Shown here piece after piece: positions 1 through 12,452 of a stretch of DNA of 52,558 nucleotides (the first letter of the stretch is position 1; each line of letters begins with the position of its first letter). The translations under genes and the position numbers were made by a program. This DNA is from Psammoneis japonica. Taxonomy: Eukaryota. The notes beneath the pieces are model-generated. The model ran no database searches. It was not told the DNA's origin and saw nothing but the letters and a program-made list of their open reading frames with translations. The stretch covers positions 1 to 52,558 of the forward strand of contig QPGO01000337.1 of assembly GCA_008632985.1 (NCBI GenBank), written 5' to 3'.

Positions 1-1058
1 TCGAAATGGGTACGGTAGGGTATTTCAACCTTTGCTTCCAAGCAGCAGGATAGATGATTCGCCGCGGTATCCAAGGCACGGTATTCCGATTTTGTTGTGC
101 ACGAGGGTAAGGCAAAAAGATTTAATGGAAGAGAAGTAATCTCACTTGAAGTGTGTGTACGTTATCCTTAGTTGACATAAACGGAAACATGGCTCGCCTT
201 GATTCGCTTTGCAGTGTTGAAAGACGAGGAGAATGACCAGAAAGATGAGGGCAACAACACGATCAAAGAGGATAATGACTTCAACCGAAAACGCAAAGTA
301 AAGAGTGACGAGTCTTCTCAAACTAGCAGTCACGACGATCACGCATCAAAACCTGCGCCAACAGACTGGAAAGAGGGTGCGATATCTCAGTTGACTGAAT
401 GGGCTGGCCAAGACGTTGCTGGAAAGGTTGTTGCAATGCTGCTTTATTGGGACGAGAGTAGTAGCGAGGAACAAGGAAATGGTGGTAAAGTTGTGTATGA
501 ATGGATCCGTTCCTCCTTGACGTGCGCAAGAGCAGAAAGCTCGACAATAAAGAAAAAGAAAATGCCATGGTCAACCGATCGACCCGACTTTTTGAAGTTT
601 GTCCTATACAAAGAAGAGAATGCTGACACGAGCATGGTGATCAAGGAAATCCGCCAGGCCTTGGATCACAACAGGAGGAATCGTGCTCGAATAGGATATG
701 CGGGAATGAAAGATAAACGGGTGGTCGCCTCTCAGTTCTGTACTCTGTATTGCAAGGATGCCTCGGAAGTAGTCAAGATGAATCGATTGTTTGGACGAAA
801 CCATGGAGGAGGCCACTCTTCTCACAAGGGTGTGAGCGTAATGAGGGTAGGAAACTTTGAAAACGTCGAAAAGGAACTCATGTTGGGAATGTTGAAGGGA
901 ATTTTTTTGATGTGGTACTAAGAAAGGTCGAAGTGCCGCAATTGGACTCGAATGATTCTCGTATTCACAAACGAAGCACTGTTTGACAACCGCAGCTACA
1001 AACTTGCGCGACTATGGCTGTATCATTCAATTATTTTGGTATGCAACGATTTGGAAAG
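1..1058 (+). pseudogene. PUS7: TruD/PUS7-family pseudouridine synthase, frameshifted and truncated
   Basis: Family motifs occur in order but in different frames: FAAVSKARYSDFVVHE (58-105) then a GT-AG intron (~107-171); FVLYKE..IGYAGMKDKR..SQF..VGNF..LGMLKG (ORF 199-921); FDVVLR after a frameshift at ~901; FNYFGMQRFGK (~1026-1058). No recognisable C-terminal half. Assembly errors cannot be fully excluded. Confidence 0.75.
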
Positions 1059-2620
1059 TGACGATGAACCATTTTGGTTCACGAAGGCTCGAAAGCAATG
1101 GAAGAATCAATTGACGACACGGAAGAAATCGAAGACGATGAGGAGAAGACGAAAGCAAAGACTATAAATATAAATTTGTCCAAGATGGCCAAGACTGGTA
1201 AGCCTGTGAATATAGAATGGTATTATAAAAACGATACTAGTACCAAGTTAGTTAAAGGAACTAGTCTAAAAGGGCGGTTGCAAAAGTAAGCAACGAAGCT
1301 TTGTCGCCGTGTGCCATTCACCGCCTTACCTACACTCTTACAGCATGTTCGTGCCATCTGCCCAATGGCAAGAATTGAGTTTGAACTTTACGAGCATGAG
1401 CCTCCTCATCAGGAATGTGAAGCATCTTGAAGAACACACCAAGATCCTTGATGCAGTGGGTGTTGTTGTCGCTATGGACTTTGAACCATACTGTAGCGTG
1501 GGTTAAGGAATCGCAGTATCCTACTTGACGCGTATCATGTTGTGAAGGAATTAAAATAGTAGACGCAAACGAGCCAGTGCCTTCAGGGGCACCAATCCCA
1601 AATGGTTGTATCCCTCAATGTTCTTCTCCGTCTCATCTCTCATCACGATCTTCAATGCCGTCCAATCCCAATTCTTCCAGGGTCCCATCTTGATGATAGC
1701 AACAACATATTCATCCTATGAGTCATTATAACTAGGAGTAACTCATTGTTTGATTTCTTCACGAAACAAAGCGTTGTGAGCAATCATGTTGTGATGATCC
1801 AATTTTGCAGCGGGTCAAATTGCTTCAAGTTGTTCTTTTCAGAACTTACCAAATCTTCGTCACAGACATCGGGCCAGTAGCCCATTTTTCCCCTCTCTTA
1901 TATATCGAGAAAAGCCTTTCGATCTTTGTGCTGTAAAAGGCATTCTCAAGAGTCTGCTTCATGTTTTTGGTGTCGCCGCAGCAGTTCGGCTTGTGCAGTT
2001 GCTCGACGATTTGACGGCGCGTTGGCTCTGGCATTTCTATGGCAATGTCCCTCTCGACATCTACTGGTATTACATCACCACTAGCAGCAATAGCAGTGTC
2101 CTCAGCGCTTCTACGGCGAGCGCGTTACAGATCCGCTCATGGTGAATGGTGACGGCGACTGCGAGAAAAAGATTTGGCTTTGACAGGGGAGTTCTAGTAT
2201 GTTTTCTACGTAGTTCTACGTGATTTGCAGCGCGAACGGTGAATGTTGCTTCGGGCGCGATATTCGAGCTTCGGGCACGTGTATCGCGCAATTGTTCAGC
2301 AATTCGTAGTACATTGCCTGGCTTCGCTGATGACATTTTTGCAGCACTTAGTTGTTGGCATGTCAACGAAAGGAAAACCCGCAATCCGCCATGAGCATTG
2401 GGAGTTGTTCCCATGGAGCCTCTCTTCACGATCTTCTGCGGCAACTCTTGTGACATGCGCGCATCATCCAAGCAACATGTTCAAAATGCACCTGCACAGT
2501 GCCTCAAAAAAGGAAGTTCAGCAATGAAAGAAAGTTTGGTGCACTCCTGTCTCCAGCGCGCTGGGGGCCTCATGCGAGCTTGTGCTGCACAATGAGCTCA
2601 ACAATTGCAAATGTGGCTGA

Positions 2621-3659
2621 CTGCTGCACATTCAGGGGCAGCTTGCTGGCTTGATGACTGACAAAAAAATCTGCTGTCTTTTGTGTGTGCATTCTCAATT
2701 TTTGCCAAGCTTCCAGAGGGGGGGAGGCACACACAAAAAAGGCTCATCTCGCTCGTCTCTTCCAAGAAGCAGTGTGGCATCAGGCATGACTGAAATTTTG
2801 CTGCAACAAACGTGTGACAGCCAAGCAAGTCAATTGGGCTCAAGGGTTTGCAATTTGGAAAAAGAAATGACATGTCAGGCTTCTTTTTGGCGTGCTTCTT
2901 GTTTGCCTTTGTTTTGTCAATGCCAACCCTGCTGCAGCACTTGTCCCCACCTTGACTTTGTTTGTGCAGCCTTCTTTGCCCCTTTGTTCAAGCTTTTGCA
3001 CATTTTTTCCCCATGTCTGAGACATTGTCCAGAGGAACTTCCATGCCACTGCTGTTCATGGCCAGCACACCACACTGCCATGCTGCCAACAAACTGTCCC
3101 ACACCCTCTTTGTGGTGGCAGCAGCAAAAGAGATCCTTTTTGAAGGGACAACTGCACAACAGAGATGGGATCATGCATTTTTGTTGTGTCACCTCATTTT
3201 TTCCATTCTGTGGTTGCATTGTTTTGCAGCCTTTGACCAGTGGGTCAAGCTGCTCAGAGCAAATTTTTGCAATGACATCTCTTGCAGAGTGTGGGTCTCT
3301 TTGCCCCCTTTTGGCTCTTGGCTGCTGCACATTTGGGGTTGGCCTGCTGACAACTGGCTTGATGACTGACAGAAATCTGCTGTCTGGTGTGTGTGTGTTG
3401 TCAATCTTTGCCAAGCTGCCAGGGTGGGTGGGCACCCAAAAGGAGAGCACCTCTCTTCCAAGAAGCAGAGTGTGGCATTGGGGGCATGACTGAAATTTTG
3501 CTGCAGCAAATGCACAAAAGCCAAGCAAGTTGGTTGGGCTCAATGGTTTGCAGTTTGGAAAAAGAAATGACATGTCCTCAGGCTTCTTTGGTGCTTCTTG
3601 TTGTCATGTGCACCTTCCTTTTTTTATGACCAGCTTGCTGAACTTGGCAGGAGCTCAGT

Positions 3660-3744
<85 letters not shown>

Positions 3745-4146
3745 GCACTTTGTCAATGCCAACCCTCCAATCTCTGCCTTGGCTTTCTTTGCATTCTTTT
3801 TTCTTGCTTTTGTTGGTCAAGCTTTTGCACTTTTCTTTCCCAGATCAGTGAGACATTGTCCAGAGGGACTTCCATGTGCCATTGCTGTTCATGACTGCTG
3901 CTGCTGCTGCTGCCAACAAACTCTGTCCCACCATCTCTGTGGTGGCAGCAGCAGCAAATGAGATCCTTTTTGAAGGGTCAACTGCACAACAGAGACAGGA
4001 TCATTTTTGTTGTGTCACCTCATTTCTTCCATTCCAGGAGGGTTGCATCATTTTGCAGCCTTGGACTGGGTCAAGCTGCTCACAGCAAAATTCTTTTGTG
4101 ATGACATCTTGCAGAGTGTGAGAGTCTCTTTACCTTTTGGCTCTTG
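2621..4146. repeat. Two diverged tandem copies (~700 bp period) of an unclassified repeat, depleted of TpA and CpG
   Basis: ctgctgcacatt...gatgactgaca...gaaaaagaaatgacatgtc begins at 2621 and again at 3322; the second halves (2915-3320 and 3750-4146) also align. Confidence 0.85.
3665..3742. repeat. (CT)39 microsatellite
   Basis: Uninterrupted CT run of 78 nt. Confidence 0.97.
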
Positions 4147-4450
4147 TCTGTTCATGCTGAGTCAAATGATGCAGGTGAGCTCGTCTCTTGTCCTAAAGGT
4201 CCTCTGATGCCACAGTGCAAAGGAATTGCACTTGAGAATGACTAGAGCGCGGACATCAATTGTCAGCTACCACACGAGTCAGTCGTTCCTTTGGAAAATC
4301 CAGTGTCCAACTGCATCAAAAAGACGACACGATGCACACACGACCCTAGTTGAATACACACTGAGCAAACACGGTCCGTTTCAATCAAAAATGTACAAAC
4401 TTCTGCCCAAAACACACACATCATACACACATTGAGCTACTTGTTCATTA

Positions 4451-6330
4451 CTAATCGTCACTATTAGCCAAATCCCATCCTTCACCGCGATCAATGACAT
4501 CCAATCGGTTGGGTCCAACTCCAATCCACCGCACGGGAACACCCAACAACTCTTGTACCCTCAGTACATATTTTTGAGCATTGGGCGGCAAGTCTTCAAA
4601 ATTCTTGACTGCCGAAATATCTTCGGTCCATCCCGGCAACGTCTCGTACTCGACTTCCAACTCACTCAATTCCTTCAAACACGCCGGCATGGTGGCCAAC
4701 TCCTTTCCCTTGTACTTGTAGGCCTTGCCGAGTTTCACCTGAGGCAACCCGGTCAGGACATCTAATTTGGTCAAATTAATCGCCGTAAAGCCGTTGATGA
4801 GGCACGAAAATTTCATTTGCGGAATATCCAGCCATCCACAACGACGTGCCCGGCCCGTCGTGGTCCCGTACTCGGCACCGACGCGTCCCAAATGATGACC
4901 CACCGTGCCCTCTGCCATGTCCAGCTCCGTCGGAAAGGGTCCCTCCCCGACACGGGTGCAATAGGCCTTGACGGTACCGTAAATGCCACGCAGCTTTTTC
5001 GGAGACACACCCAAACCCGTCAAGACGGAACCCACGGATGGGTTGGATGATGTCACGTACGGGTACGTTCCGAAATCAATATCCAGCATGGTGGCATTGG
5101 CACCCTCCACCAGAATCCGTTTGCCCTGATTGTATTGTTCATTCGTGTATTCAATCGTATCGAGCGTCATTTTCCCAACACGGTCGGCAATGGATTTGTA
5201 GTATTCCAGCTGTTCCTCGACGTTAATGTGCAGTCCGGGAAAGGCCCGTTGGTGATGATCGCAGAGGGAACGGAATCTCCGTTCAAAGGTTTCCCAGTCT
5301 TTCAAATCCCCCACACGAAGACCGTTGCGTTGAATCTTGGACGCATACGCCGGACCGATACCCTTTTTGGTGGTTCCAATCTTGTGCCGCCCGAGCTTGG
5401 CTTCCAATCGCCCATCGACGGTTTGATGAAAATCAAACACCAAGTGCGCGCGATCGGAAATAAAGACGCGGCCCTTGTGATCGATTTCGAGAGAATCCAA
5501 TTCATTCAAAAACGATGGCAAGTGAATCACGACGCCATTGCCAATGACACACGTGGCCTTGGGGTTCAATACGCCACTGGGGAGCAAGTGGAATTTGTAC
5601 TTGACGCCATCCACGACAATGGTGTGGCCCGCGTTGGAACCACCCGCGACGCGAGCGCAAACATCATATTCCTGAAGTAGCAAATTTTTTGAGAGATGAA
5701 TAAAATGAGCGTATAAGTGATGCAATATGATGATTTTTCAATATGAAAATCAAAACAAGTCAATCCATAGAGCTTACCTGACTTAGCATATCCACCAATT
5801 TACCCTTGCCTTCATCACCCCACTGTCCACCCAGAACAACATCGATTCCACTCTTTTTCTTGTACTTTGATGATTGAAAAGATGATACTGGTTTTCCACT
5901 CGCTAATTGCATGGAACCCAAGGTGGTTTCCAGTCGATTGAGCTGTATAAAAACAAAAACGAGCGCAAACGAAACCAAAAAAATGAGGGTTTCGAAATAA
6001 CAACATATTCTCGCACAAAACACGTGCGTTTTCAAGTCCCACGTACCGTCTGTTTCATTTCAATCAGCATGCCCATTATACTAGGTCCCTCACATGATGT
6101 TCTCGTTTCAGCATTGTCCGGTACAAGAGTAGCAGCCGTTCCCTATTTGTGCAATAATAATATGAAAACAAAACACAAAATTTCGTGAGAAATCTCAGAA
6201 TGCCAATGAATTCATTCAAAACTAGTTCAATTCTAATTATTTGGAACTCCATACATACCACTCCCGCAACACTGGCTGCCGCAGCTGCACCAAGAGTCTT
6301 TCCGTGCCGTGATAGGACACCACGAAACAT
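4451..6330 (-). CDS. purA: Adenylosuccinate synthetase, 4 exons (6330-6259, 6142-6047, 5942-5778, 5671-4451), ~517 aa
   Basis: Signature motifs GQWGDEGKGK, GGSNAGHT, IGTTKKGIGPAY, GTYPYVTSS, EYGTTTGR, LTKLDVL. Three GT-AG phase-0 introns give a continuous frame. The two N-terminal exons are less certain than the catalytic exons. Confidence 0.95.
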
Positions 6331-7019
6331 GGTGAACAACACACAACGTTTGCCTTTTATCGCAGTGTCAAGTGTTCGCTCTGTTGTTGATGTTGTTGAT
6401 CGGATACTCTCTTTCGTACGATTCTACGTGGATTGTACGGTGGGTGGCGGGGGTGGGCACGCAAAAAAAAAATGAAGGTTGGAGCACACGTCAGCCCGTG
6501 CGACTTGCAGACCGTTGAGCTTGACGAGTTTACTTGACGAGGCCGCGGAGTTGAGAGACGACGACTCACTCTAGACTACTAGGGCCTAGCCCTAGTAAGC
6601 TTGGGTCCTACCTCTAGCAACTTTGGTTGCAGGTAAGCCAAGATCAAAGAGGGAATAACAGCCTCTAGTCTCTAGTAGTAACAAAATAATGAGCAGATTC
6701 CCCTCTCTCTAGAGTGAGGTTTAGAAAAGGCTACAGTTGCTTGCGAGCACAGTGGTAACCAGATGATTCGTCGAGAACAAGCGGCATGAAAACTCGAAGC
6801 TCGACTTTTTACCTGTTGAAGTTCGCAGAGCCCATCGAGCTTTACACTTCAAACACGACTCGTTTTCCTACTTTAGGACGAAGATACTCACTACCCAACT
6901 CGCATTGCATCAAACAACACACGACAAAAGAATCGTCGCGACGACTCCTAAATATCTTTTAAGGATTTCTAGAACTTAGTACTCGTATTCATTTGCGGTA
7001 ATGATACACAATATACTTT

Positions 7020-7780
7020 TTAAAAGAGAGGATCGCCAGTGACCCAGTTGTGGTGAATCATACCACCAATGGCAAGCATTGCAAGCCGTCCATTCTTGAT
7101 TTCTTGGAGCTGCAATTTTTCCATGTCTTCCTTTGACTTTCCAACACCAAGACCCATGGGATCGAATCCAAGTTCACCAGGAACACGGGATGGATCACTA
7201 AACATGGTTTCCATGGTCACATTGCCCTTGTTGGTCCAGAATTCCAAAACACCCAGCCACAGCACAATCTGAAGCATGGACGAGGCACCGACGACCGACG
7301 GAGCCATGTTGGAATCGGCGACAGGCTCCATACCGGGGAGAGTCACGTACTCTTGAAGGACAAAGCCAAGAACAGCAAGCATGGAAACTCGGCCGTGCTT
7401 GATTTCGGATTCTCGCAACCACTTCATGTCGAAAAAATCCGAAAAGCCCAGCGGATCAAACTCAACGTCACCGACCCATCCAGCCGTGTTCTTGGGAGCT
7501 TCCAAGAATGGAACAGACTTGGACATGGCATTCAACGCAACCGATGGACCAGACTAATATGATTTGCGTGGATAAGGAAACAGCAACAGCAACAACATGA
7601 GCAACAGAAAGCTTTTCTGGGGACCCGGACATTATACCCAAGCTGAGGTGCGTTTTCGTCCAACGATTTGATTCTACTCCGTCTTGTATTTCCGGACAAT
7701 ATCACTTTACTCACCTTGGATGCCGGAACAAAGGCCGAAGCAGAGCCCACGAGGGCGGCAGCGAGAAGTAGCTTCACCAT
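7020..7780 (-). CDS. Light-harvesting chlorophyll a/c-fucoxanthin binding protein (Lhcr-like), 2 exons (7780-7715, 7553-7020), ~199 aa
   Basis: LHC motifs FDPLG, RESEIKHGRVSMLA, GFDPMG, QEIKNGRLAMLA; signal peptide ending ASA-FVP (bipartite plastid targeting); GT-AG intron. Confidence 0.95.
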
Positions 7781-8207
7781 GGTGCTTTCGACGTGATTGT
7801 TGGAATGCGGTCGGGTCGGCTTCGTCGCGGTGCTTCGCGTGGCGAAATTTGAGTTGAAGATTTTGGATCGCGAAGTCTTTCTGTCGACCGCAAACAGTAT
7901 GAGATGATGTAGAAATGTACGTACGTCATTCGACTGTACACACCGGTACAAACGGCATGCAGAATGAACTTTTTACGGTCTGTACGTCGGTACGATTTAT
8001 GCATGCGGTAACCCGGACGTTTTACTTTTCCGCCCGTCTGTACCACGTCAGCTACGTCAGATCAAAATCTGACACGCACTTGGATTTCGAAATCACTGGT
8101 TTGACGTTTCTCCCACCTCAAGAAGTGTTCTTATTTTTTTTCTTTTGGAAGTGCAGAACAAGGAGGCAAGAGCGGATCTTTCAATTAGAAACGGTACTGA
8201 AACCATT

Positions 8208-9680
8208 ATGAAGCTCTCTGTGACTCTGCTCCTTCCCTGCCTTGCGACAGGCTTTGTTTCTCCCGTGCAACGCCGCGCAAATGTTGTGGTCCCTCCGACG
8301 ACGACGGCAGCCGCTTCTTCCAATAATCCATCATCATCACAGCTTTATGCTTTTGTCGATATTAGCGAAAGCACAGGCAGAGACATGGGTGCCATGAACG
8401 AATGGGCCGCCAACTATGGTGTGCAACGAGCCGATGGTTTTGAACTGACCAGTCAAGACGGTTTGGATTGGAGCGTCATGACGACCCAACCCATTGCGCA
8501 GGGTAGTCCGGTCTTGTTTGTTCCGAGCAACATGGTTCTGTCGTCGTCAAGGATTCGTCAAGAATTGAACGAGATTGGCAATGTCCAAGACGCGGTCGAT
8601 CAATTGACGAGATTAGGTGCGGGCGATCAGATTGCTCAATTTTATCTCTTTGTCAAGATTTTGCACGAATACGAAAAGGGTGATCAGTCTCCGTATTTTC
8701 CGTGGTTGAATTCCCTGCCGCGATTGTTTTACAATGCCGCCAGTATGACGGATTTTTGTTATGAATGTCTACCTCCACTCGTATTTTCTCTTGCCAGGGT
8801 GGAACGAGTCAAGTTTGACAATTATTTTGATGTGCTCCAAAAAGTGACGGGTGTGTTGTCGGAACAAACCAAGGCCAACAAGGATTTAGCCAAGTGGGCC
8901 TACAATGTCGTTTGCACGAGATGTTGGGGAGCTGCCGATGAAAAGCAAATCGTTCCCATGGCGGATATGGTACGTAGCGTGTGTTGCTCCAATTTTTGCT
9001 ACTTTTGTCTTGCTTTCGAGTTCTTTCACATCTCAACTATTGCGGACGTGCTTATTGTTCTATAGTTGAACCACGGAACCGAGACAGAGGTGGCCATTAG
9101 TTACGACGAAGAAGGAAATTGCAACGTGTACGCCACAAAGGACGTTCCGGAAGGTTCTCCCTTGCGCATGTCCTATGGCGATCCCACCAACCCCAGCCAG
9201 TTGTTTGCAACCTATGGTTTCTTGGACGAGTCCTCGCCCGCGACATTTTGCAAAATCATGACAATCAAGCCAAACCAGGAATTGAAGGATATTGGTTATG
9301 ACTTTTCCCGAATGCTCTTTTACAGAGATACCGGCGAAATTTCACAAGAAGTGTGGGATTGTTTGCTCTATAATATCCTGGAAAGCAACAAGGAAGTTCA
9401 GCAAGCCTTTTATCAAGCTCACATGTCGGGTGATGCGGAAACCAAGCAAAATATTCATCAGCATTACTTTTTGGAGACATCCACCAAGCTCAAGGAGCAT
9501 GTGGACACCTTTCTCAAGCAGCTTGATGATTTGTCGGGCAAGGCTGTCAACAAGGATATTAATGAACACCCACGCCTCCCACTCATTCTAAAGCACAATG
9601 AATTTGTCAAGAGCACATTTTTGAATGTCAAGGCGCGCCTTGATCCCATGGTGGAACAAGCCGCTGGTCAGCTCGTCTAG
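8208..9680 (+). CDS. SET-domain (Rubisco LSMT-like) lysine methyltransferase, probably plastid-targeted, 2 exons (8208-8969, 9066-9680), ~458 aa
   Basis: Splicing the GT-AG intron 8970-9065 creates the SET motif VPMADMLNHG; also SPYFPWLNSLP and SYG..TNP..L...YGFL; signal peptide followed by ATG-FVSP. Confidence 0.9.
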
Positions 9681-9994
9681 TAGCAGAAACCCTCGTTCGA
9701 TTTGCAATCGACAACGACTGTATTAGTTTTAATGTTAGATATTATAGGTAAGAAGGAACATCTAGATCGTTGTGCCTAGAGTAGGTCTACTCTCTATGAT
9801 AAAGCGAGTGCAGGAACTCTAGCTAGCTAGTAGCAGTTCAGTTGTAAGTCCTCAAGTCTCGCGAGGAAATGCAACGCGACGTATGCCCGCGTGCCCGCCT
9901 CCTGCTCATCAATCAGAGGTTGGCGCCGGTACTTCCGGTAAAAAAAAAATGGGCGATCGCGACAGTGTTGTATTGCTCATTGCACCCATGCATC

Positions 9995-11587
9995 ATGACG
10001 GAGGAGAGCGCTGCGCTTTGTGATACCTGTCAGAAGCGTTTGCAGTTATCCTCTACTCCCTCTTCTCAAAATTGCAGTATCTGTTTGAATGTGTGGACTC
10101 TCCAAGAAAAACAATTCCAGGAGGCGATTCAACAAGCGTGCCAATCCTATGGCGGCGTTGCCGAGAATGAAATTGACTCTGTGACGGTTGCGATTTCGGG
10201 CGATGTGTGTTTTCGATACAGTCTGGCATACGATAACACAGATACTGCCTTGGACTATCTAGGAACGCTCAAGAATCACGTGAAACAATTGATACAGTCA
10301 AATCTGCCGACGTCTAGCAGCAGCAGCAACAAACACGGCAGTATTGGTTTGCACGTCATGATTGCATTTGATGGAGCACCGAGACCCAACAATGTTGTTT
10401 TACCAAAAAGGAAAAAACGCAAACGCTTTCGTGGTGTCAATATTCTGATGGAACCTCTGCAAGGCGGTGATCCGCGTGTAAACTTACAAGAGCGACTCGG
10501 CGATGCCTATTGGAATCCAAACGAAATTGCAACTCTACTGAAAAAGGCACATCCTGCGTTAAAGCAAGAATGGCAAAATTGGTTTCGTCATCAACAACAA
10601 CAACAGACTGATAGTGAAACAGTACGTCCCACCATTCATGTCGCTGCTTGGAGAAATCCCATCTACATCAAGGGCATGTACACCAAGAGTCGTCGGGACG
10701 TGTCTCAAACACCCTTTTACGTGGTACGAGACGGCAAATCGGTGCGTCTCGGCGTGACATCGGTTCAAGAAGAGATTTGCCCGCATATCGAACGAGCGTG
10801 TCGTGGTATTTCGTGTTTCAACAACAATAACGACTCGAATGTCGTATATGGCATGTGCAAATTTCATGCATCGGGACGAGAAGACATGGATGTGCGCATG
10901 ATTTTACCAGATCCACCTCAAGAGGGAGTTGGAGGACGGCCCTTTTGTTGTCAAGTCTTTGATGCACACCATGTTCCATCTCGAGACGAGTTGCAAGAGA
11001 CTACAAACGCAATTAATAATAGTCACATTTCCGGAGAAACGAGTGACGGTGGCACCAACAAGAACGATACAAGTAAAGATATCAAGAGCAATGAGTCTAT
11101 TGTAGACAAACCAGAGCAAAACGAGCATGTGCAAGAGCATCGACGATACGGACAAAATCCATTGGGTGTGGACGTTTCGTCCTTGATACTTGGCACGGCA
11201 AGTGACTTTAGCAATCTTCAAGCAGAAACCGAAGCCAAGGTCAAGCATTACGAGTGTCTCTGTTGGTGCGAAACTTCAGTCAAGGACCAAGATGACTTGG
11301 AAAGACAATTATGCTCTGAAACATTTCCATTGAAACTACAGCAACAAACACCGTTGCGCGTGCTTCATCGTCGTGCCAATGCGACTCGGGTCCGGCATGT
11401 TTTGACGTTACAACCAGTGTTTATTTCGTCAAATTGGTTTCGGCTGCATCTCTCAACAGAGGCTGGAACCTATGTCAAGGAATTTGTGCATGGTGACTTG
11501 GGCCGAACCACACCCAGTGTTGCGAGTTTGTTGCAATGCAAGACGGATATATTAGAGTTGGATTGTGAGGGAATTGCAATGTCGTAG
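9995..11587 (+). CDS. PUS10: tRNA pseudouridine synthase Pus10 (alternative start 9869)
   Basis: Motifs GMYTKSRRDVSQTP, KFHASGREDMDVRM (catalytic Asp), QQQTPLRVLHRR, AGTYVKEFVHGDLGRTTPS; two N-terminal CxxC pairs. Confidence 0.93.
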   Translation: MTEESAALCDTCQKRLQLSSTPSSQNCSICLNVWTLQEKQFQEAIQQACQSYGGVAENEIDSVTVAISGDVCFRYSLAYDNTDTALDYLGTLKNHVKQLIQSNLPTSSSSSNKHGSIGLHVMIAFDGAPRPNNVVLPKRKKRKRFRGVNILMEPLQGGDPRVNLQERLGDAYWNPNEIATLLKKAHPALKQEWQNWFRHQQQQQTDSETVRPTIHVAAWRNPIYIKGMYTKSRRDVSQTPFYVVRDGKSVRLGVTSVQEEICPHIERACRGISCFNNNNDSNVVYGMCKFHASGREDMDVRMILPDPPQEGVGGRPFCCQVFDAHHVPSRDELQETTNAINNSHISGETSDGGTNKNDTSKDIKSNESIVDKPEQNEHVQEHRRYGQNPLGVDVSSLILGTASDFSNLQAETEAKVKHYECLCWCETSVKDQDDLERQLCSETFPLKLQQQTPLRVLHRRANATRVRHVLTLQPVFISSNWFRLHLSTEAGTYVKEFVHGDLGRTTPSVASLLQCKTDILELDCEGIAMS

Positions 11588-12452
11588 TTATAGAAGGAAC
11601 ACTCAAGATGAAGAGGCTTGGTGATTGCCCTGTTGGTTGTCTTAAAATTTTGGTTGACGCCGCAACACTCGAAGAAAATGCCATGTCATTGTAAATGTCG
11701 GATTGAAAAAAATCGCCTTGAGCTTGGAGCAACACCACTGGAATTCACACCAGTGTCTCGAGCAAAGTCGGAATCCAGCACTTGTGTTGGAAACACATGT
11801 CAACGCCTTGCGCAAAACGGACAAGTCTTGACTCAGTTCATGGCACTCTTGTTGTCGAAAGCGTTTGCCACTGTTTACATTATGGTTTGAGATTGTAGCC
11901 TGTGTTGCATCTCGCTCGCTCGACTTTGGAGGCTTGCCTGGACTATGCGGACGAAACGCGAAAAGCTCGAAAACACCGGTGCGATTGCGTGTACTGTATC
12001 CTACATCACCCGAATTGCAATGTCGTAGTTACAGAAGGAACACTCAAGATATTGAAGAGGCTTGGTGATTGCCCTGTTGGTTGTCTTAAAATTTTGGTTG
12101 ACGCCGCAACACTCGAAGAAATTGCCATGTCATTGTAAATGTCGGAATGAAAAAAATCGCCTTGAGCTTGGAGCAACACCACTGGAATTCACACCAGTGT
12201 CTCGAGCAAAGTCGGAATCCAGCACTTGTGTTGGAAACACATGTCAACGCCTTGCGCAAAACGGACAAGTCTTGACTCAGTTCATGGCACTCTTGTTGTC
12301 GAAAGCGTTTGCCACTGTTTACATTATGGTTTGAGATTGTAGCCTGTGTTGCATCTCGCTCGCTCGACTTTGGAGGCTTGCCTGGACTATGTGGACGAAA
12401 CGCGAAAAGCTCGAAAACACCGGTGCGATTGCGTGTACTGTATCCTACATCA
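11571..12452. repeat. Near-identical tandem duplication (~440 bp) of the PUS10 stop and 3' region, followed by a poly-C run
   Basis: gaattgcaatgtcgtagtta...tatcctacatca at 11571-12008 and 12012-12452; about four substitutions and one 3-nt indel. Confidence 0.95.

Noticed and set aside
1074..2350. Short ORFs between PUS7 and the repeat island
   Set aside because: No recognisable motif or splice structure; may be fragments of a decayed gene but cannot be supported.
1..11587. Functional cluster of pseudouridine synthases (PUS7 and PUS10)
   Set aside because: PUS7 is broken and 9 kb away with unrelated genes between; probably coincidence.
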